Of a stretch of 64,000 nucleotides of DNA, positions 37,490-47,359 are shown piece after piece. The stretch comes from Corallococcus exiguus. Lineage in GTDB: Bacteria > Myxococcota > Myxococcia > Myxococcales > Myxococcaceae. The translations under genes and the position numbers were made by a program. The first letter of the stretch is position 1, and the number at the start of each line of letters is the position of its first letter. Under the pieces are notes generated by a model. It did not search any database. It saw only the letters and a list, made by a program, of their open reading frames with translations, and was not told the origin of the DNA. The stretch is from the NCBI RefSeq assembly GCF_017302975.1, contig NZ_JAFIMT010000003.1; one strand, given 5' to 3'.

Positions 37490-38498
37490 CCTTCTTCGCC
37501 GCCGGCTTCTTCGCCGCGGGCTTCGCCTTCGTGGGCGGGCCCGCGGGGACGCTCGCCTCGCGCAAGCGCGTGAGCGCCTTCGTGAAGTCCTCCGGGAGGG
37601 GGGCTTCCAGGTCCAACGCCTTGTGGGTGCGCGGGTGCTCGAAGGCCAGGCGCCACGCGTGCAGCGCCTGGCGGCCCACCGCCTCCTGCGCTTCCGCCAC
37701 CGCGCCCTTCGCCTTGCGGCCGGCGCCGTAGAGCGCGTCGCACAAGAGCGGGTGTCCGGCTTCCGCCAGGTGGACGCGGATCTGATGCGTGCGGCCGGTG
37801 AGCAGGTCCACCTCCACCAGCGCGGCGCCGTCGAAGGCCTCTCGCACGCGGAACAGGGTGATGGCGGGCTTGCCCTCCTTCACCTTGCCGGTGAACTTCT
37901 GGCGGTGGATGGGGTGGCGGCCGTAGAGCGTCTCGATGCGCCCTTCCGCGGGCGGCACGCCGTGCACCAGGGCCAGGTACGTCTTCTGGACCTCGCGCGT
38001 CTTGAAGGCCTTCTGGAGCGCCACCAGGGCCTGCTCGTGCTTGGCGACGACGAGGCAGCCGGTGGTGTCCTTGTCCAGGCGGTGGACGATGCCGGGGCGC
38101 AGCTCGCCGCCGACGCCGGCCAGGTCCTTCACGCGGTGCAGGAGCGCGTTGACCAGCGTGCCGGACGCGTGGCCCGCGCCCGGGTGCACCACCATGCCGG
38201 CGGCCTTGTCCACGACGACGAGGTCGCGGTCCTCGTGCAGCACGGACACGGGCAGGGCTTCCGCCTGCGGGATGGCCGCGACGGGCGCGGGGACGTGGAG
38301 GGCCAGCAGCTCGCCACCGCGCAGACGCTGCGCGGCCTTGGCGGGCTTGCCGTCCGACAGCACGTGGCCGTCGGCGATGAGGCCCTGGAGGCGGGAGCGC
38401 GTGAGGTCCGGGAACGCGCGGGCCAGGTACGCATCCAGCCGCTCACCCCGGGCTTCGGGGAGGGCACGGTGCTCGCGCGTGTCGGGTGCGGCCACCAC
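37470..38498 (-). CDS. rluD: RluA-family 23S rRNA pseudouridine synthase (RluD-like) with an N-terminal S4 domain and a Lys/Ala-rich tail.
   Basis: The N-terminus is S4-like (RLDAYLARAFPDLTRSRLQGLIADGHV). The catalytic motif is HRLDKDTTGCLVVAK. The gene overlaps the convergent HD gene by about 20 nt. Confidence 0.85.
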   Translation of the reverse strand: MVAAPDTREHRALPEARGERLDAYLARAFPDLTRSRLQGLIADGHVLSDGKPAKAAQRLRGGELLALHVPAPVAAIPQAEALPVSVLHEDRDLVVVDKAAGMVVHPGAGHASGTLVNALLHRVKDLAGVGGELRPGIVHRLDKDTTGCLVVAKHEQALVALQKAFKTREVQKTYLALVHGVPPAEGRIETLYGRHPIHRQKFTGKVKEGKPAITLFRVREAFDGAALVEVDLLTGRTHQIRVHLAEAGHPLLCDALYGAGRKAKGAVAEAQEAVGRQALHAWRLAFEHPRTHKALDLEAPLPEDFTKALTRLREASVPAGPPTKAKPAAKKPAAKKATGRKR

Positions 38499-38509
38499 GG
38501 CTGAGGGCG

Positions 38510-38773
38510 CTACCAGATCTTCGACTTCACGTGCGCCTTGGAGCGCAACACGATGTCGTTGATGGCGCGCTCGAAGAAGTTCGCCTGGGTGCTGATTTCC
38601 GCGCTCACGCGGCTCTTGTAGAGCGCGCGCCCCTCTTCCAGTTCCTCCTTGAGGACCTCGAAAAGGTTGTCCTGCTCGATGCCCTTGATGATCTTCTGCT
38701 CGTTGTAGAGCGAGATATCGGAGGCGATCGCGCGAGCGAGTCGCATCGCCTTGACCTTTTCCTCTTCCGTCAT
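38510..38773 (-). CDS. Small (87 aa) acidic/basic hypothetical protein.
   Basis: It has clean GC3 bias and sits 11 nt upstream of rluD on the same strand. The sequence is MTEEEKVKAMRLARAIASDISLYNEQKIIKGIEQDNLFEVLKEELEEGRALY…; I do not recognise a family. Confidence 0.55.
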   Translation of the reverse strand: MTEEEKVKAMRLARAIASDISLYNEQKIIKGIEQDNLFEVLKEELEEGRALYKSRVSAEISTQANFFERAINDIVLRSKAHVKSKIW

Positions 38774-38850
38774 CGTGCCACTACTTAGGCACCCACCCCG
38801 TGCGAGTCAACTTTTCCCGTCGCACGGGAGGGGGTCTGGCCCACTCCCGG

Positions 38851-40599
38851 TCAACGGCCCGACTTGGCGGGTTTCTCGGAGAACAGCGCGAGGTAGCTCT
38901 TGGACACGCGCAGGGGGTCCAGGCCCAGCTCGCGGGCGAGGTTCATGAGGATGCCGCGCAGGTACACGGTGGTGGGGAGCGCGGTGTAGCGGTCCGCCTC
39001 CACGTTCTCCAGGTGACGCACGGAGATGCGGGTGCGGTCGGCCAGCTGCTGGATGGAGAGGCCGCGGGCCTCGCGGACGCGGCGGAGCAGTTCGCCGTTG
39101 AACTCGGCGTCCGAGGGGATGTCCACGCCCCGGGGACGGGCCTCGCGGACCTTGGCGGCCACCTGGGCCAGCGCGGACTCGGCGGTCGCGATGGCGGAAT
39201 CCTGCGCCAGGACCTGGGCGTCCCCGAGCTTGCGGACCGTGGGGCCTTTCACGGTCCCCGGCCCCGTGGGGCCCTTCTGCGACGGACGCGAGTCGATGGG
39301 GCGAGACGACGTCAGGGGCCGAACGGCGGCGCGGGAGGCCCCGGTGGCCGGGATCCGGGCCAGCGCGGTCGTACTGGAGTCCAGGGGCGGAGTGCCCGGG
39401 GCGGGGTTCGGATCCGACTCGCCCTGGGTGGTCGTCACCGCGGCCGCGTCGGAGGCGGGCTCGGGGCTGGCGGCCACGGATCCGGCCTCCGGGGCCTGGG
39501 GTGCGGCGCTGGCTTCCGGCGCGGGCGTCGCGGCCACCACTTCGGGCACGTGAATCGCGGCAACCAGCGCGGAGGGCGTGGCGCTCTCTTCCGGCGTGAG
39601 CGGCGCGGCGGGCGTGGCGCTGACCTCGGCCACGGGCGACGCGGCCACGGGATGGGGGTCCGTCACGGGCTGGGGAGCCGGGACCTCTGTTGCCTCGGAG
39701 GCAACAGGCGCATCGAAGGCCTCCACACGGTCCGGTGCGACCGCTGCGGAAGGCTCCGCGGTAACGGGAGGCTCCGCGGCCGCGGAAACGGATCCGGCCG
39801 GAGGCACGGCTTCCGCAGGCGACGCGACCACATTGGCAGGGGTCTCGACCGGGCCAGGCGCCTCGGCCTTGGGTGCCGAGGCAGCCGGCGTGTTCTCGGC
39901 AATGGAGGACTTCACGTCCACGGCGGGGGCCGGCGCTTCGGTGGCTCCCCTGCCCTGGCCGCGCAGCGGAGTCGCTGGGACGTAGACGAACGACAGGCTC
40001 CGGGTGAACGAGGCGCGGAAGGCCTCCACCACCGCCACGCCACCCACCATCACCGGCTCGGAGGGCACGCCTGGCGCGTCCATCCCCGAGGACTCCTGCC
40101 GCTTCGACTCCTCACCCCGCATCCGCTCCTCGCTCTTTCCAGGCGTCCCGCTCGCGCGAGGCGCCTCCCCTTCAGTGTCGCTCACGGACGTCGCGGCCTT
40201 CAGTCGCGACTCCGCCTCCAGCCTTTCGGCATCCACCGCGCCCGCGGCCTTCGCCAGCGCCGCCGCCGCGGTGGCCAGGGCCTCCGCGACACGCGAGGCC
40301 GAGTCCACCTTGTCCGCGGCCTCCGCCGTCGCGGCGGCCTTCGCGAGCCGCTCCGTGGACAGGCCGATGGAGCGGTCATACTCGACGCGCAGGTCCGCGT
40401 CGGTGAGCATCTCCATCGCCTCGTTCATCCGTTCACGCAGCGCTTCCACCTGATCCGGATCCCCCAGCGCGTACACCGCGATGGAATCCGGCGAATACAG
40501 CTCCATCAGGCGCTGGTGGGCCGCGCGGATCTCCGCGTCGGTCGCCGTGGGCGGCACCTCCAGGATTTCGTAGTAGGTCTGCTGCGCGAAGGGCTTCAT
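38851..40599 (-). CDS. J-domain-like N-terminus (HPD motif absent), long Ala/Pro/Glu-rich disordered linker, and a C-terminal RodZ/XRE-type HTH.
   Basis: The N-terminus is QQTYYEILEVPPTATDAEIRAAHQRLMELYSPD. About 400 aa are low-complexity. The C-terminus reads LSIQQLADRTRISVRHLENVEADRYTALPTTVYLRGILMNLARELGLD. The start is ATGA-coupled to the stop of the ParA-like gene. Confidence 0.6.
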   Translation of the reverse strand: MKPFAQQTYYEILEVPPTATDAEIRAAHQRLMELYSPDSIAVYALGDPDQVEALRERMNEAMEMLTDADLRVEYDRSIGLSTERLAKAAATAEAADKVDSASRVAEALATAAAALAKAAGAVDAERLEAESRLKAATSVSDTEGEAPRASGTPGKSEERMRGEESKRQESSGMDAPGVPSEPVMVGGVAVVEAFRASFTRSLSFVYVPATPLRGQGRGATEAPAPAVDVKSSIAENTPAASAPKAEAPGPVETPANVVASPAEAVPPAGSVSAAAEPPVTAEPSAAVAPDRVEAFDAPVASEATEVPAPQPVTDPHPVAASPVAEVSATPAAPLTPEESATPSALVAAIHVPEVVAATPAPEASAAPQAPEAGSVAASPEPASDAAAVTTTQGESDPNPAPGTPPLDSSTTALARIPATGASRAAVRPLTSSRPIDSRPSQKGPTGPGTVKGPTVRKLGDAQVLAQDSAIATAESALAQVAAKVREARPRGVDIPSDAEFNGELLRRVREARGLSIQQLADRTRISVRHLENVEADRYTALPTTVYLRGILMNLARELGLDPLRVSKSYLALFSEKPAKSGR

Positions 40600-41672
40600 G
40601 GGATGGCGGACTCGGGGGAAATGCCGTCGAGCGTCAGGATACGCGCGGCGATGCGCTGGAGTCCCTGGGATACGGGCGAATCGGGCCGCTCGAGGAGCAC
40701 CGGCTTGCGCTTGCGCACCGCGCGCCACGCTTCATCGTCGTGGCGCAGGGCGCCCAGGTCATCCATGTCGATGCCGAAGAACTTCTTCCACGCGGACACC
40801 ATCGCGGCGCCGACCTTCTCGTCCGCGTCCGTGCGCGCCTGGTTCACGACGAGCCGCACGTGGAACGCCGCCAGCTCGCGCTCCAGCCGCTCCGCGTCCG
40901 AAGGGGCCTTGCGCCGCACCTGCGCGACGATGTCGTGAAGCGTCCGCAGGCCGCCCTCGCGGGTGGACAGCGCGCCCTCGACCATGTCCTGGATGCCGTA
41001 GCGCGCCTCCGTCTGCTGGAGCTTGCGGAAGAAGGCCGCCTTGACGAAGCGGTACGCGTTCTCCACGGACGTGGGCTCCGGCAGCACGACGAGCAGGCCG
41101 TGGTCCGCGATGAGAAAGAAGTCGAGCGTATTGAAGCTGGTGCCCGCGCCCAGGTCCAGGATGAGGTAGTCCGCCGTCGTCTGCGACAGCAGCGTGCGCA
41201 GGAGCTTCTGCTTCTGCGCGTACTTGAGGTTCGCCGCGTCCAGCGAGTCCTGAGCGCCGGCGATCAGCGACAGCCCGGGCACGCCGGTGGCGACCATCAC
41301 CTCTTCGAGGTTGGCCTTCCCACGCCGCAGGAAGTCCGACAGCGTGGACTCCGGAGGCCCCACGCCCAGGCAGGTGTGCAGGTTGGCGCCGCCCAGGTCG
41401 GCGTCCACGAGCAGCACCTTCTGGCCTGCCTGCGCGAGCGCGACGCCCAGGTTCGCGGACACCATCGACTTGCCGATGCCGCCCTTGCCGCCGCCCACCG
41501 CGATGATCCGCCGCGCACGGGAGCGCCGCGCGAGGCCCGCGGGCCCCGAGGGCGATGCGTCATTGGCTGCACGCGGCGAGGTGCCAGCCAGTGGGGCGGG
41601 AGCGGATGGAGGCAAGGGGGCGGGCTTCACGAAGGCTCGCATCAAAGCCCGTCCTACCGCCCGAGTCGACAC
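40596..41672 (-). CDS. ParA/MinD-family P-loop ATPase with an N-terminal extension of about 70 aa.
   Basis: The deviant Walker A is AVGGGKGGIGKS, followed by LLVDADLGGANL and Walker B LILDLGAGTS. The N-terminal tail is Ala/Pro/Ser-rich. Confidence 0.8.
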   Translation of the reverse strand: MSTRAVGRALMRAFVKPAPLPPSAPAPLAGTSPRAANDASPSGPAGLARRSRARRIIAVGGGKGGIGKSMVSANLGVALAQAGQKVLLVDADLGGANLHTCLGVGPPESTLSDFLRRGKANLEEVMVATGVPGLSLIAGAQDSLDAANLKYAQKQKLLRTLLSQTTADYLILDLGAGTSFNTLDFFLIADHGLLVVLPEPTSVENAYRFVKAAFFRKLQQTEARYGIQDMVEGALSTREGGLRTLHDIVAQVRRKAPSDAERLERELAAFHVRLVVNQARTDADEKVGAAMVSAWKKFFGIDMDDLGALRHDDEAWRAVRKRKPVLLERPDSPVSQGLQRIAARILTLDGISPESAIP

Positions 41673-41764
41673 CCCGCCATTTCACGGCCGACCCTGTAGC
41701 ACCCGGAGCCCGCGCCCCGCCGCCAGGAGGCTCGGGGAGCAGGCGGCCGGGGAGCCGTTCGCTG

Positions 41765-42358
41765 TCACTCGTCGAGCAGTTCGACGTTCCAGTACGACAC
41801 GTCCGCGAGGTGCAGGAACGGCAGCCACTCCCGGTAGGTGATCTTCCGGATGGCGCCGCGGAAGAGCGGTGTCCAGCGCGGTCGTACGGGTTTCTTGAGC
41901 AGCCGCATCCCGGCCTGTTCCGGAGTGCGCCCGCCCTTCTTCAGGTTGCAGGGCACGCAGGAGCACACGACGTTCTCCCACGTCGTCTTGCCGCCCTGGG
42001 TGCGAGGGCTGACGTGGTCCAGGTTGAGTTCGCTGCGGGGCAGCTGCTTCGCGCAGTACTGGCAGGTGTCGTTGTCGCGCGCGTAGATGTTGAGGCGCGA
42101 GAAGCGAACCTTGGCGCGAGGCAGGTGGTCATACGCGCCGAGCACGAGGACGCGCGGCACGCGGATGGTGCGGTCGATGGTGGTGATGCTGTCCTGGGTG
42201 GCGCTGAGGGCGGCCCAGTCCTCGAACTCATACAGCCGGTACTGCTCGTCGATGGCTTTGGCGACGCCCTGATACAGCAGGGAAAAGGCCCGTTTGACTG
42301 ACGTCACGTGAACCGGTTGGTAGTACCGGTTTAAAACGAGCACGGCGCTGTTGATCAT
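41765..42358 (-). CDS. HNH endonuclease-family protein.
   Basis: The HNH core is CQYCAKQ…LDHVSPRTQGGKTTWENVVCSCVPCNLKKGG. The start (MINSAVLVLNRYY) is ATGA-coupled to the selA stop. Confidence 0.7.
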   Translation of the reverse strand: MINSAVLVLNRYYQPVHVTSVKRAFSLLYQGVAKAIDEQYRLYEFEDWAALSATQDSITTIDRTIRVPRVLVLGAYDHLPRAKVRFSRLNIYARDNDTCQYCAKQLPRSELNLDHVSPRTQGGKTTWENVVCSCVPCNLKKGGRTPEQAGMRLLKKPVRPRWTPLFRGAIRKITYREWLPFLHLADVSYWNVELLDE

Positions 42359-43749
42359 GGCTGGCTTCCCGAACGGGCGGCCGCCACAGCCTGCGCGACC
42401 TGCCCCAGGTCCTCCTCTGAGAGACACCGGACGTCGAGAACCACCTCGTCATCCGCAATCCTGCCAATAACGGGCACCTCGGCTTCGCGCAGACGTTCCA
42501 GGAATACTTTCGGCGCTTCTACGGTGAGGCTGCAAGCGTAGGAAGGCAACCGGGCCAGAGGCATGGCACCTCCACCTACTTGTCCGTCCACGGACATGAC
42601 ACGGCCCTCCACGCCGCGCGCCGCGAGCAGGGCCGCCAGGCGTTCGGCACGGGATTGCAACAAAGTCGGCTGCTGGGTGAGCAGGCTTTGGGTGGGGACC
42701 GCGTCCGCACGGCCATCCCGGTACAGCTCCAGCGTCGCCTCCAGGGCCGCGACCGTCATCTTGTCGACACGCAGCGCACGTGTGAGCGGGTGGGATTTGA
42801 TGCGCTGGAGCAGGTCCGCGCGGCCGACGATGACGCCGGCCTGCGGGCCGCCGAGGAGCTTGTCGCCGGAGAACGCGACGACGTCCGCGCCATCCCGGAT
42901 GGCCTGGCCCACGGTGGGTTCCGGGGTGAGACCCGGGCCGGACAGCGGCACGAGCGCGCCGGAGCCCAGGTCCTGGAACACGGGCACGTCACGGGAGCGT
43001 CCCAGTTCGGTGAGCTCCGCGAGGGACGCCTCTTCCGTGAAGCCGACAAGCACGAAGTTGGAGCGGTGGACCTTCACGATGAGGCCGGTGTCTGGACTCA
43101 GTGCGTTGGCGTAGTCCGCGCGGCGGGTGCGGTTGGTGGTGCCCACTTCGACGAGCTTCGCGCCGGACTGGCGCATGACGTCCGGGATGCGGAAGCCTCC
43201 GCCGATTTCGACGAGCTCACCGCGGGAGACGATGCATTCGCGGCCGGAGGTGAGCGCGGCGAGGACGAGCAGCACGGCGCCCGCGCAGTTGTTGACGACG
43301 ATGGCGTCCTCCGCGCCGGTGAGCGTGCGCAGGAGGCCGATGAGTGGGGCGTAGCGGCTGCCGCGTTCGCCTTCGTCCAGGTCGTATTCGAGGTTGGAGT
43401 AGCCCCGGGCCACGGAGACGACGCGTTCCACGGCTTCTGGAGCGAGCGGTGCGCGGCCTAGGTTGGTGTGGAGCACGACGCCGGTGGCGTTGATCACGCG
43501 CCGGAGATTCGGCGTGGCCAGTGACGCGAGCGCCGACTCCACGTCCTCGTCCTCGAAGGGGCGCGGATCCCCCCCGAGCAGCCTTGCGCGCACGCGTTCG
43601 ACGGCGAGCCGCAGCGCCGCGACCGCGCGGGCATGGGGAAGGTTCGCGAGCCGGGACTCCAACGACGGCCGATGCAGGAGTTGTTCAATGGAAGGAAGGC
43701 CGCGCAAGAGCGCATTCTTCCCTCCGGAGGAGTTCGACGCGGCACCCAT
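42355..43749 (-). CDS. selA: L-seryl-tRNA(Sec) selenium transferase SelA.
   Basis: The match is full-length, with NATGVVLHTNLGRAPL and the PLP-Lys motif VAFSGDKLLGGPQAG. I chose the internal Met (MGAASNSSGG). Confidence 0.85.
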   Translation of the reverse strand: MGAASNSSGGKNALLRGLPSIEQLLHRPSLESRLANLPHARAVAALRLAVERVRARLLGGDPRPFEDEDVESALASLATPNLRRVINATGVVLHTNLGRAPLAPEAVERVVSVARGYSNLEYDLDEGERGSRYAPLIGLLRTLTGAEDAIVVNNCAGAVLLVLAALTSGRECIVSRGELVEIGGGFRIPDVMRQSGAKLVEVGTTNRTRRADYANALSPDTGLIVKVHRSNFVLVGFTEEASLAELTELGRSRDVPVFQDLGSGALVPLSGPGLTPEPTVGQAIRDGADVVAFSGDKLLGGPQAGVIVGRADLLQRIKSHPLTRALRVDKMTVAALEATLELYRDGRADAVPTQSLLTQQPTLLQSRAERLAALLAARGVEGRVMSVDGQVGGGAMPLARLPSYACSLTVEAPKVFLERLREAEVPVIGRIADDEVVLDVRCLSEEDLGQVAQAVAAARSGSQP

Positions 43750-44008
43750 GGTCCCGGAGTCTACCCGGACCACCGTGCCCGGGGGCGTGCCCGGCGGCTT
43801 TTCTCCACCGCAAAGCCATACATCAATAACAGACGTCCCTCTCCTCACCCTGAGAGGACCCGGTGGAGGTCACTCAGCCGGAAACACCGTTTCGATGCGA
43901 CTGCAAGCCCCCTCCCCTGGGTCAAAAGTCGCCGTGAAGCGGGAGATCCAGCGGCTTGTCGGAGCCCAGGATGTTTCGTGAGACATTCGCGGGGTTCTCA
44001 ACGTTTAC

Positions 44009-47000
44009 ATGCCCTCCGGGGCGATGATGGAAACCATGACGTCACCCTCGGACGACAAGCGGGCCCTGCTGGCGAAGCTCCTCCAGGAGAAGGTCGCGGC
44101 CCCCAGGCGCTCTCCGCTCTCCTTCGCGCAGGAACGGATGTGGTTCCTCGAGCAGTGGAGCCCCGGGGGCTCGGCGCTGAACATGCCGGTGGGCGTGCGA
44201 CTCCTGGGCGAGCTCCAGGCACCGGTGCTCCAGCGCGCGCTCCAGGCGCTGGTGATCCGCCATGAGACGCTGCGCACCACCTTCGCGCTGTCGGACGGAC
44301 GGCCCGTGCAGGTCGTCGCCCCCACGCTGGAGGCGGCGCTTCCCTTGGAGAATCTGCAGGCGCTTCCCCCATCAGAGCGGGAGGCCCGTGCCGTCCAGCG
44401 CGTCGCGGAGGTGGCTCGTGAGCCCTTCGACCTGGAACGGGGGCCGCTGTTCCGGGCGCGCCTCTTCCGACTATCCGCGCGCGAGCACCTGTTGCTCTTC
44501 GCCATGCACCACGGGGTGTCGGACGCATGGTCCATGGGCGTCGTCGTCCGCGAGTTGACGGCCCTCTACGCGGCCTTCCAAGAGGGCAAGGCTCCCGAGC
44601 TGACTCCCCTGCCCCTGCAGTACGGCGACTACGCCAGCTGGCAGCGTCGGGCCCAGGAGGGCGAAGAGGCGGAGGCGCGGCTCGCCTGGTGGCGCGAGCG
44701 CATCGACCCCCACGCGTTGCTGGAGCTGCCCACGGACAAGCCGCGTCCGGCGGTGCTGGGCACTCGCGGCGCGCGCGAAGCGCTTGAGCTGCCCGCCGCG
44801 CTCACCGCGGACCTCAAGGCGTTCGCTCGGAAAGAGGGCCGCACGCTGTTCGTCACCCTGCTGGCGGTGTTCCAGACCCTGCTCCACCGCTACACCGGCC
44901 AGGAGGACCTCGCCGTCGGAACGCCCGTGGCCAACCGCCCCCGCGCGGAGCTGGAGGGGCTCATCGGCCTGTTCGTCAACACGGTCGTCCTGCGGACGGA
45001 CCTGTCGGGTGCTCCGTCCTTCCGGGAGCTGCTGGCGCGGCTCCAGTTGGTGGCGCTCGATGCCTTCGCTCGCGAGGAGCTTCCCTTCGAGCGGCTGGTG
45101 GACGCCCTCAAGCCGGGCCGCGACCCGAGCCGCGCTCCCCTCTTCCAGGCGATGTTCGTCCTCCAGAACGCACCGCTGCCGCCCCTGGAGGTGCCGGGCC
45201 TCCAACTGGAGGCGCGTCCGGTGGACACGGCTTCCGCCCAGTTCGACCTGACGCTCATCGCCGAGGACCTGCCCCAGGGACTGCGCCTCACCGCGGAGTA
45301 CCCCACGGACCTGTTCGAGCCCGGCACCGCCCGCCGGATGTTGGCGCACCTGGTCCGCCTCCTGGAGGGAGCCCTGGCCGCGCCGCACGAGCGCCTGTCG
45401 CGGCTGCCCCTGCTCACCCCGGACGAGCGCGAACAGTTGCTGGGAGCGTGGAGCGGCGCTTCCGCGCCCTATCCCCACGAGGACGGTCTGCACACCCTCT
45501 TCGAAGCCCAGGCGCGCCGCACGCCCGACGCGCCCGCGCTCACCTTCGAGGGCGAATCGCTGAGCTACCGGCAGCTGGACGCGCGCGCCAACCAGTGGGC
45601 CTGGCACCTGCGAGGGCTGGGCGTGGGGCCGGAGACCTACGTGGGGCTTTGCGCCGCGCGCTCGTTCGACATGGTGGTGGGCATGCTCGCGACGCTCAAG
45701 GCGGGCGGCGCCTATGTCCCGTTGGATCCCACCTATCCCACGGCGCGGCTGGCCTTCATGCTCCAGGACTCCGCCGTGAAGGTGCTGCTGGCCCACCGGC
45801 CCTTGCTCGCGGGACTGCCCTCCGCTCCGGGCGCGCGCGCGGTGTGCTTCGAGGATGGGGTGCCGGACGCGGACACCTCGCGGGCGCCTCCTGGAGCGCC
45901 CCTGCCGGACGGCCCCGCCTACGTCATCTACACCTCTGGCTCCACGGGCCAACCCAAGGGCGTCATGTGCACGCACCGCGCGGCCTGCAACCTGGTGGTG
46001 CACGAGGCGCGCGTCAGCGAGCTGGGCCCGGGCTCTCGCGTGCTCCAGTTCTCCAATCCCGGCTTCGACGTTTCCGTGGAGGAGATCTTCGCCACCCTCA
46101 CGGCCGGCGGCACCTTGTGCCTGGCGCCGGTGGAGCGGCTGATGCCCGGCGAGCCGCTGCACCAACTGCTGAAGCAACAGGCCATCACCGTGCTCAACGC
46201 CACGCCCACGGCGCTCGCGGCCACCGACGCCACGGGCCTGCCCGCGCTGCGCACCGTCTTCTCCGGTGGAGAGGCGTGCACCGCGGAGTTGGTCGCGCGC
46301 TGGGGCGAGGGCCGGCGCTTCATCAACGGTTACGGGCCCACGGAGGTGACGGTGACGGCCACCGCGACGGAGGTCCGGCCGGAGGGCCGCGCGCCGCCGC
46401 TGGGCCGCCCCATCCCCAACGTGCGCGTGTACGTGCTGGACGCGCGGCTATCGCCGGTACCGGTAGGTGTCCCCGGCGAGCTTTGCGTGGGCGGCGTGGG
46501 CCTCGCGCGCGGATACCTGAACCTGCCGGGCACCACGGCCGAGCGCTTCGTGCCGGATCCGTACGCGTCCGAGCCGGGCGCGCGCCTCTACCGCACGGGC
46601 GACCGGGTGCGCTGGCGGCCGGACGGGGAGCTGGAGTTCCTGGGCCGGCTGGATGGCCAGGTGAAGCTGCGCGGCTTCCGCATCGAGCTGGGGGAGATCG
46701 AGGCGGCGCTCCGTCAGCACGCCGCGGTGGAAGAGGCCGCCGTGCTCATCCAGGACACGCCCGCAGGGGGCCAGCGGCTCGTCGCGTGGCTCGTCCCGGC
46801 CACGGCGGGCCAGCCACCCACCGCGACAGCGCTGCACGCGTTCCTCCTGGAGCGGCTTCCGCCGCACATGGTGCCCTCCGCCTTCGTCGCCGTGACCGCG
46901 TTCCCACTCACCGCCAACGGCAAACTGGATGTTCGCGCGCTTCCGCCACCCACGGCGGGTCAGCTGGAATCGGGGCGAACGTTCGAGGCGCCGCGCACGG

Positions 47001-47359
47001 AGCGGGAGGAGCAACTGGCCCGGCTCTGGAGCGAGGTGCTCCAGGTGGAGCGCGTGGGCCTGGATGATGCGTTCTTCGAGCTGGGCGGCAACTCGCTGCT
47101 CGCGCTGCGGCTGCACCAGCGGCTGCGCGCGGAGCTGGGCGTGGAGCTGCCGCTGACGGTGCTCTTCCAGCACTCCACGGTCCGGGCCCTGGCGGAACGC
47201 CTGGCGCAGGGTGGCGGATCCGACAGCGGGGCGAAGTCCGGACGCGACCGGTCTCGCCGGCGGCAGGCCTTCGCTCGCAAGACGGTGGCCGCACCCGCGC
47301 GGGACTCGGACGACGACGTGGAGCTGGAGCCGGAGCTGGACGAGGACGCGGATGTCTGA
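44009..47359 (+). CDS. Non-ribosomal peptide synthetase, single module C-A-T; first gene of the biosynthetic cluster.
   Basis: The C domain carries HHGVSDAWS. A-domain core motifs are present (YVIYTSGSTGQPKGV, NGYGPTEVTV, GELCVGGVGLARGY, YRTGD, GRLDGQVKLRGFRIELGEIE, and a KLD Lys in LTANGKLD). The PCP motif is FFELGGNSLLAL. Confidence 0.9.
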   Translation: MPSGAMMETMTSPSDDKRALLAKLLQEKVAAPRRSPLSFAQERMWFLEQWSPGGSALNMPVGVRLLGELQAPVLQRALQALVIRHETLRTTFALSDGRPVQVVAPTLEAALPLENLQALPPSEREARAVQRVAEVAREPFDLERGPLFRARLFRLSAREHLLLFAMHHGVSDAWSMGVVVRELTALYAAFQEGKAPELTPLPLQYGDYASWQRRAQEGEEAEARLAWWRERIDPHALLELPTDKPRPAVLGTRGAREALELPAALTADLKAFARKEGRTLFVTLLAVFQTLLHRYTGQEDLAVGTPVANRPRAELEGLIGLFVNTVVLRTDLSGAPSFRELLARLQLVALDAFAREELPFERLVDALKPGRDPSRAPLFQAMFVLQNAPLPPLEVPGLQLEARPVDTASAQFDLTLIAEDLPQGLRLTAEYPTDLFEPGTARRMLAHLVRLLEGALAAPHERLSRLPLLTPDEREQLLGAWSGASAPYPHEDGLHTLFEAQARRTPDAPALTFEGESLSYRQLDARANQWAWHLRGLGVGPETYVGLCAARSFDMVVGMLATLKAGGAYVPLDPTYPTARLAFMLQDSAVKVLLAHRPLLAGLPSAPGARAVCFEDGVPDADTSRAPPGAPLPDGPAYVIYTSGSTGQPKGVMCTHRAACNLVVHEARVSELGPGSRVLQFSNPGFDVSVEEIFATLTAGGTLCLAPVERLMPGEPLHQLLKQQAITVLNATPTALAATDATGLPALRTVFSGGEACTAELVARWGEGRRFINGYGPTEVTVTATATEVRPEGRAPPLGRPIPNVRVYVLDARLSPVPVGVPGELCVGGVGLARGYLNLPGTTAERFVPDPYASEPGARLYRTGDRVRWRPDGELEFLGRLDGQVKLRGFRIELGEIEAALRQHAAVEEAAVLIQDTPAGGQRLVAWLVPATAGQPPTATALHAFLLERLPPHMVPSAFVAVTAFPLTANGKLDVRALPPPTAGQLESGRTFEAPRTEREEQLARLWSEVLQVERVGLDDAFFELGGNSLLALRLHQRLRAELGVELPLTVLFQHSTVRALAERLAQGGGSDSGAKSGRDRSRRRQAFARKTVAAPARDSDDDVELEPELDEDADV

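Noticed and set aside
43750-44008. The 260-bp intergenic region between selA and the NRPS, as a possible tRNA-Sec (selC) or SECIS location.
   Set aside because: There are short hairpins only. I see no 90-nt tRNA-like structure with a long variable arm. This is most likely divergent promoter space for the selA operon and the NRPS cluster.
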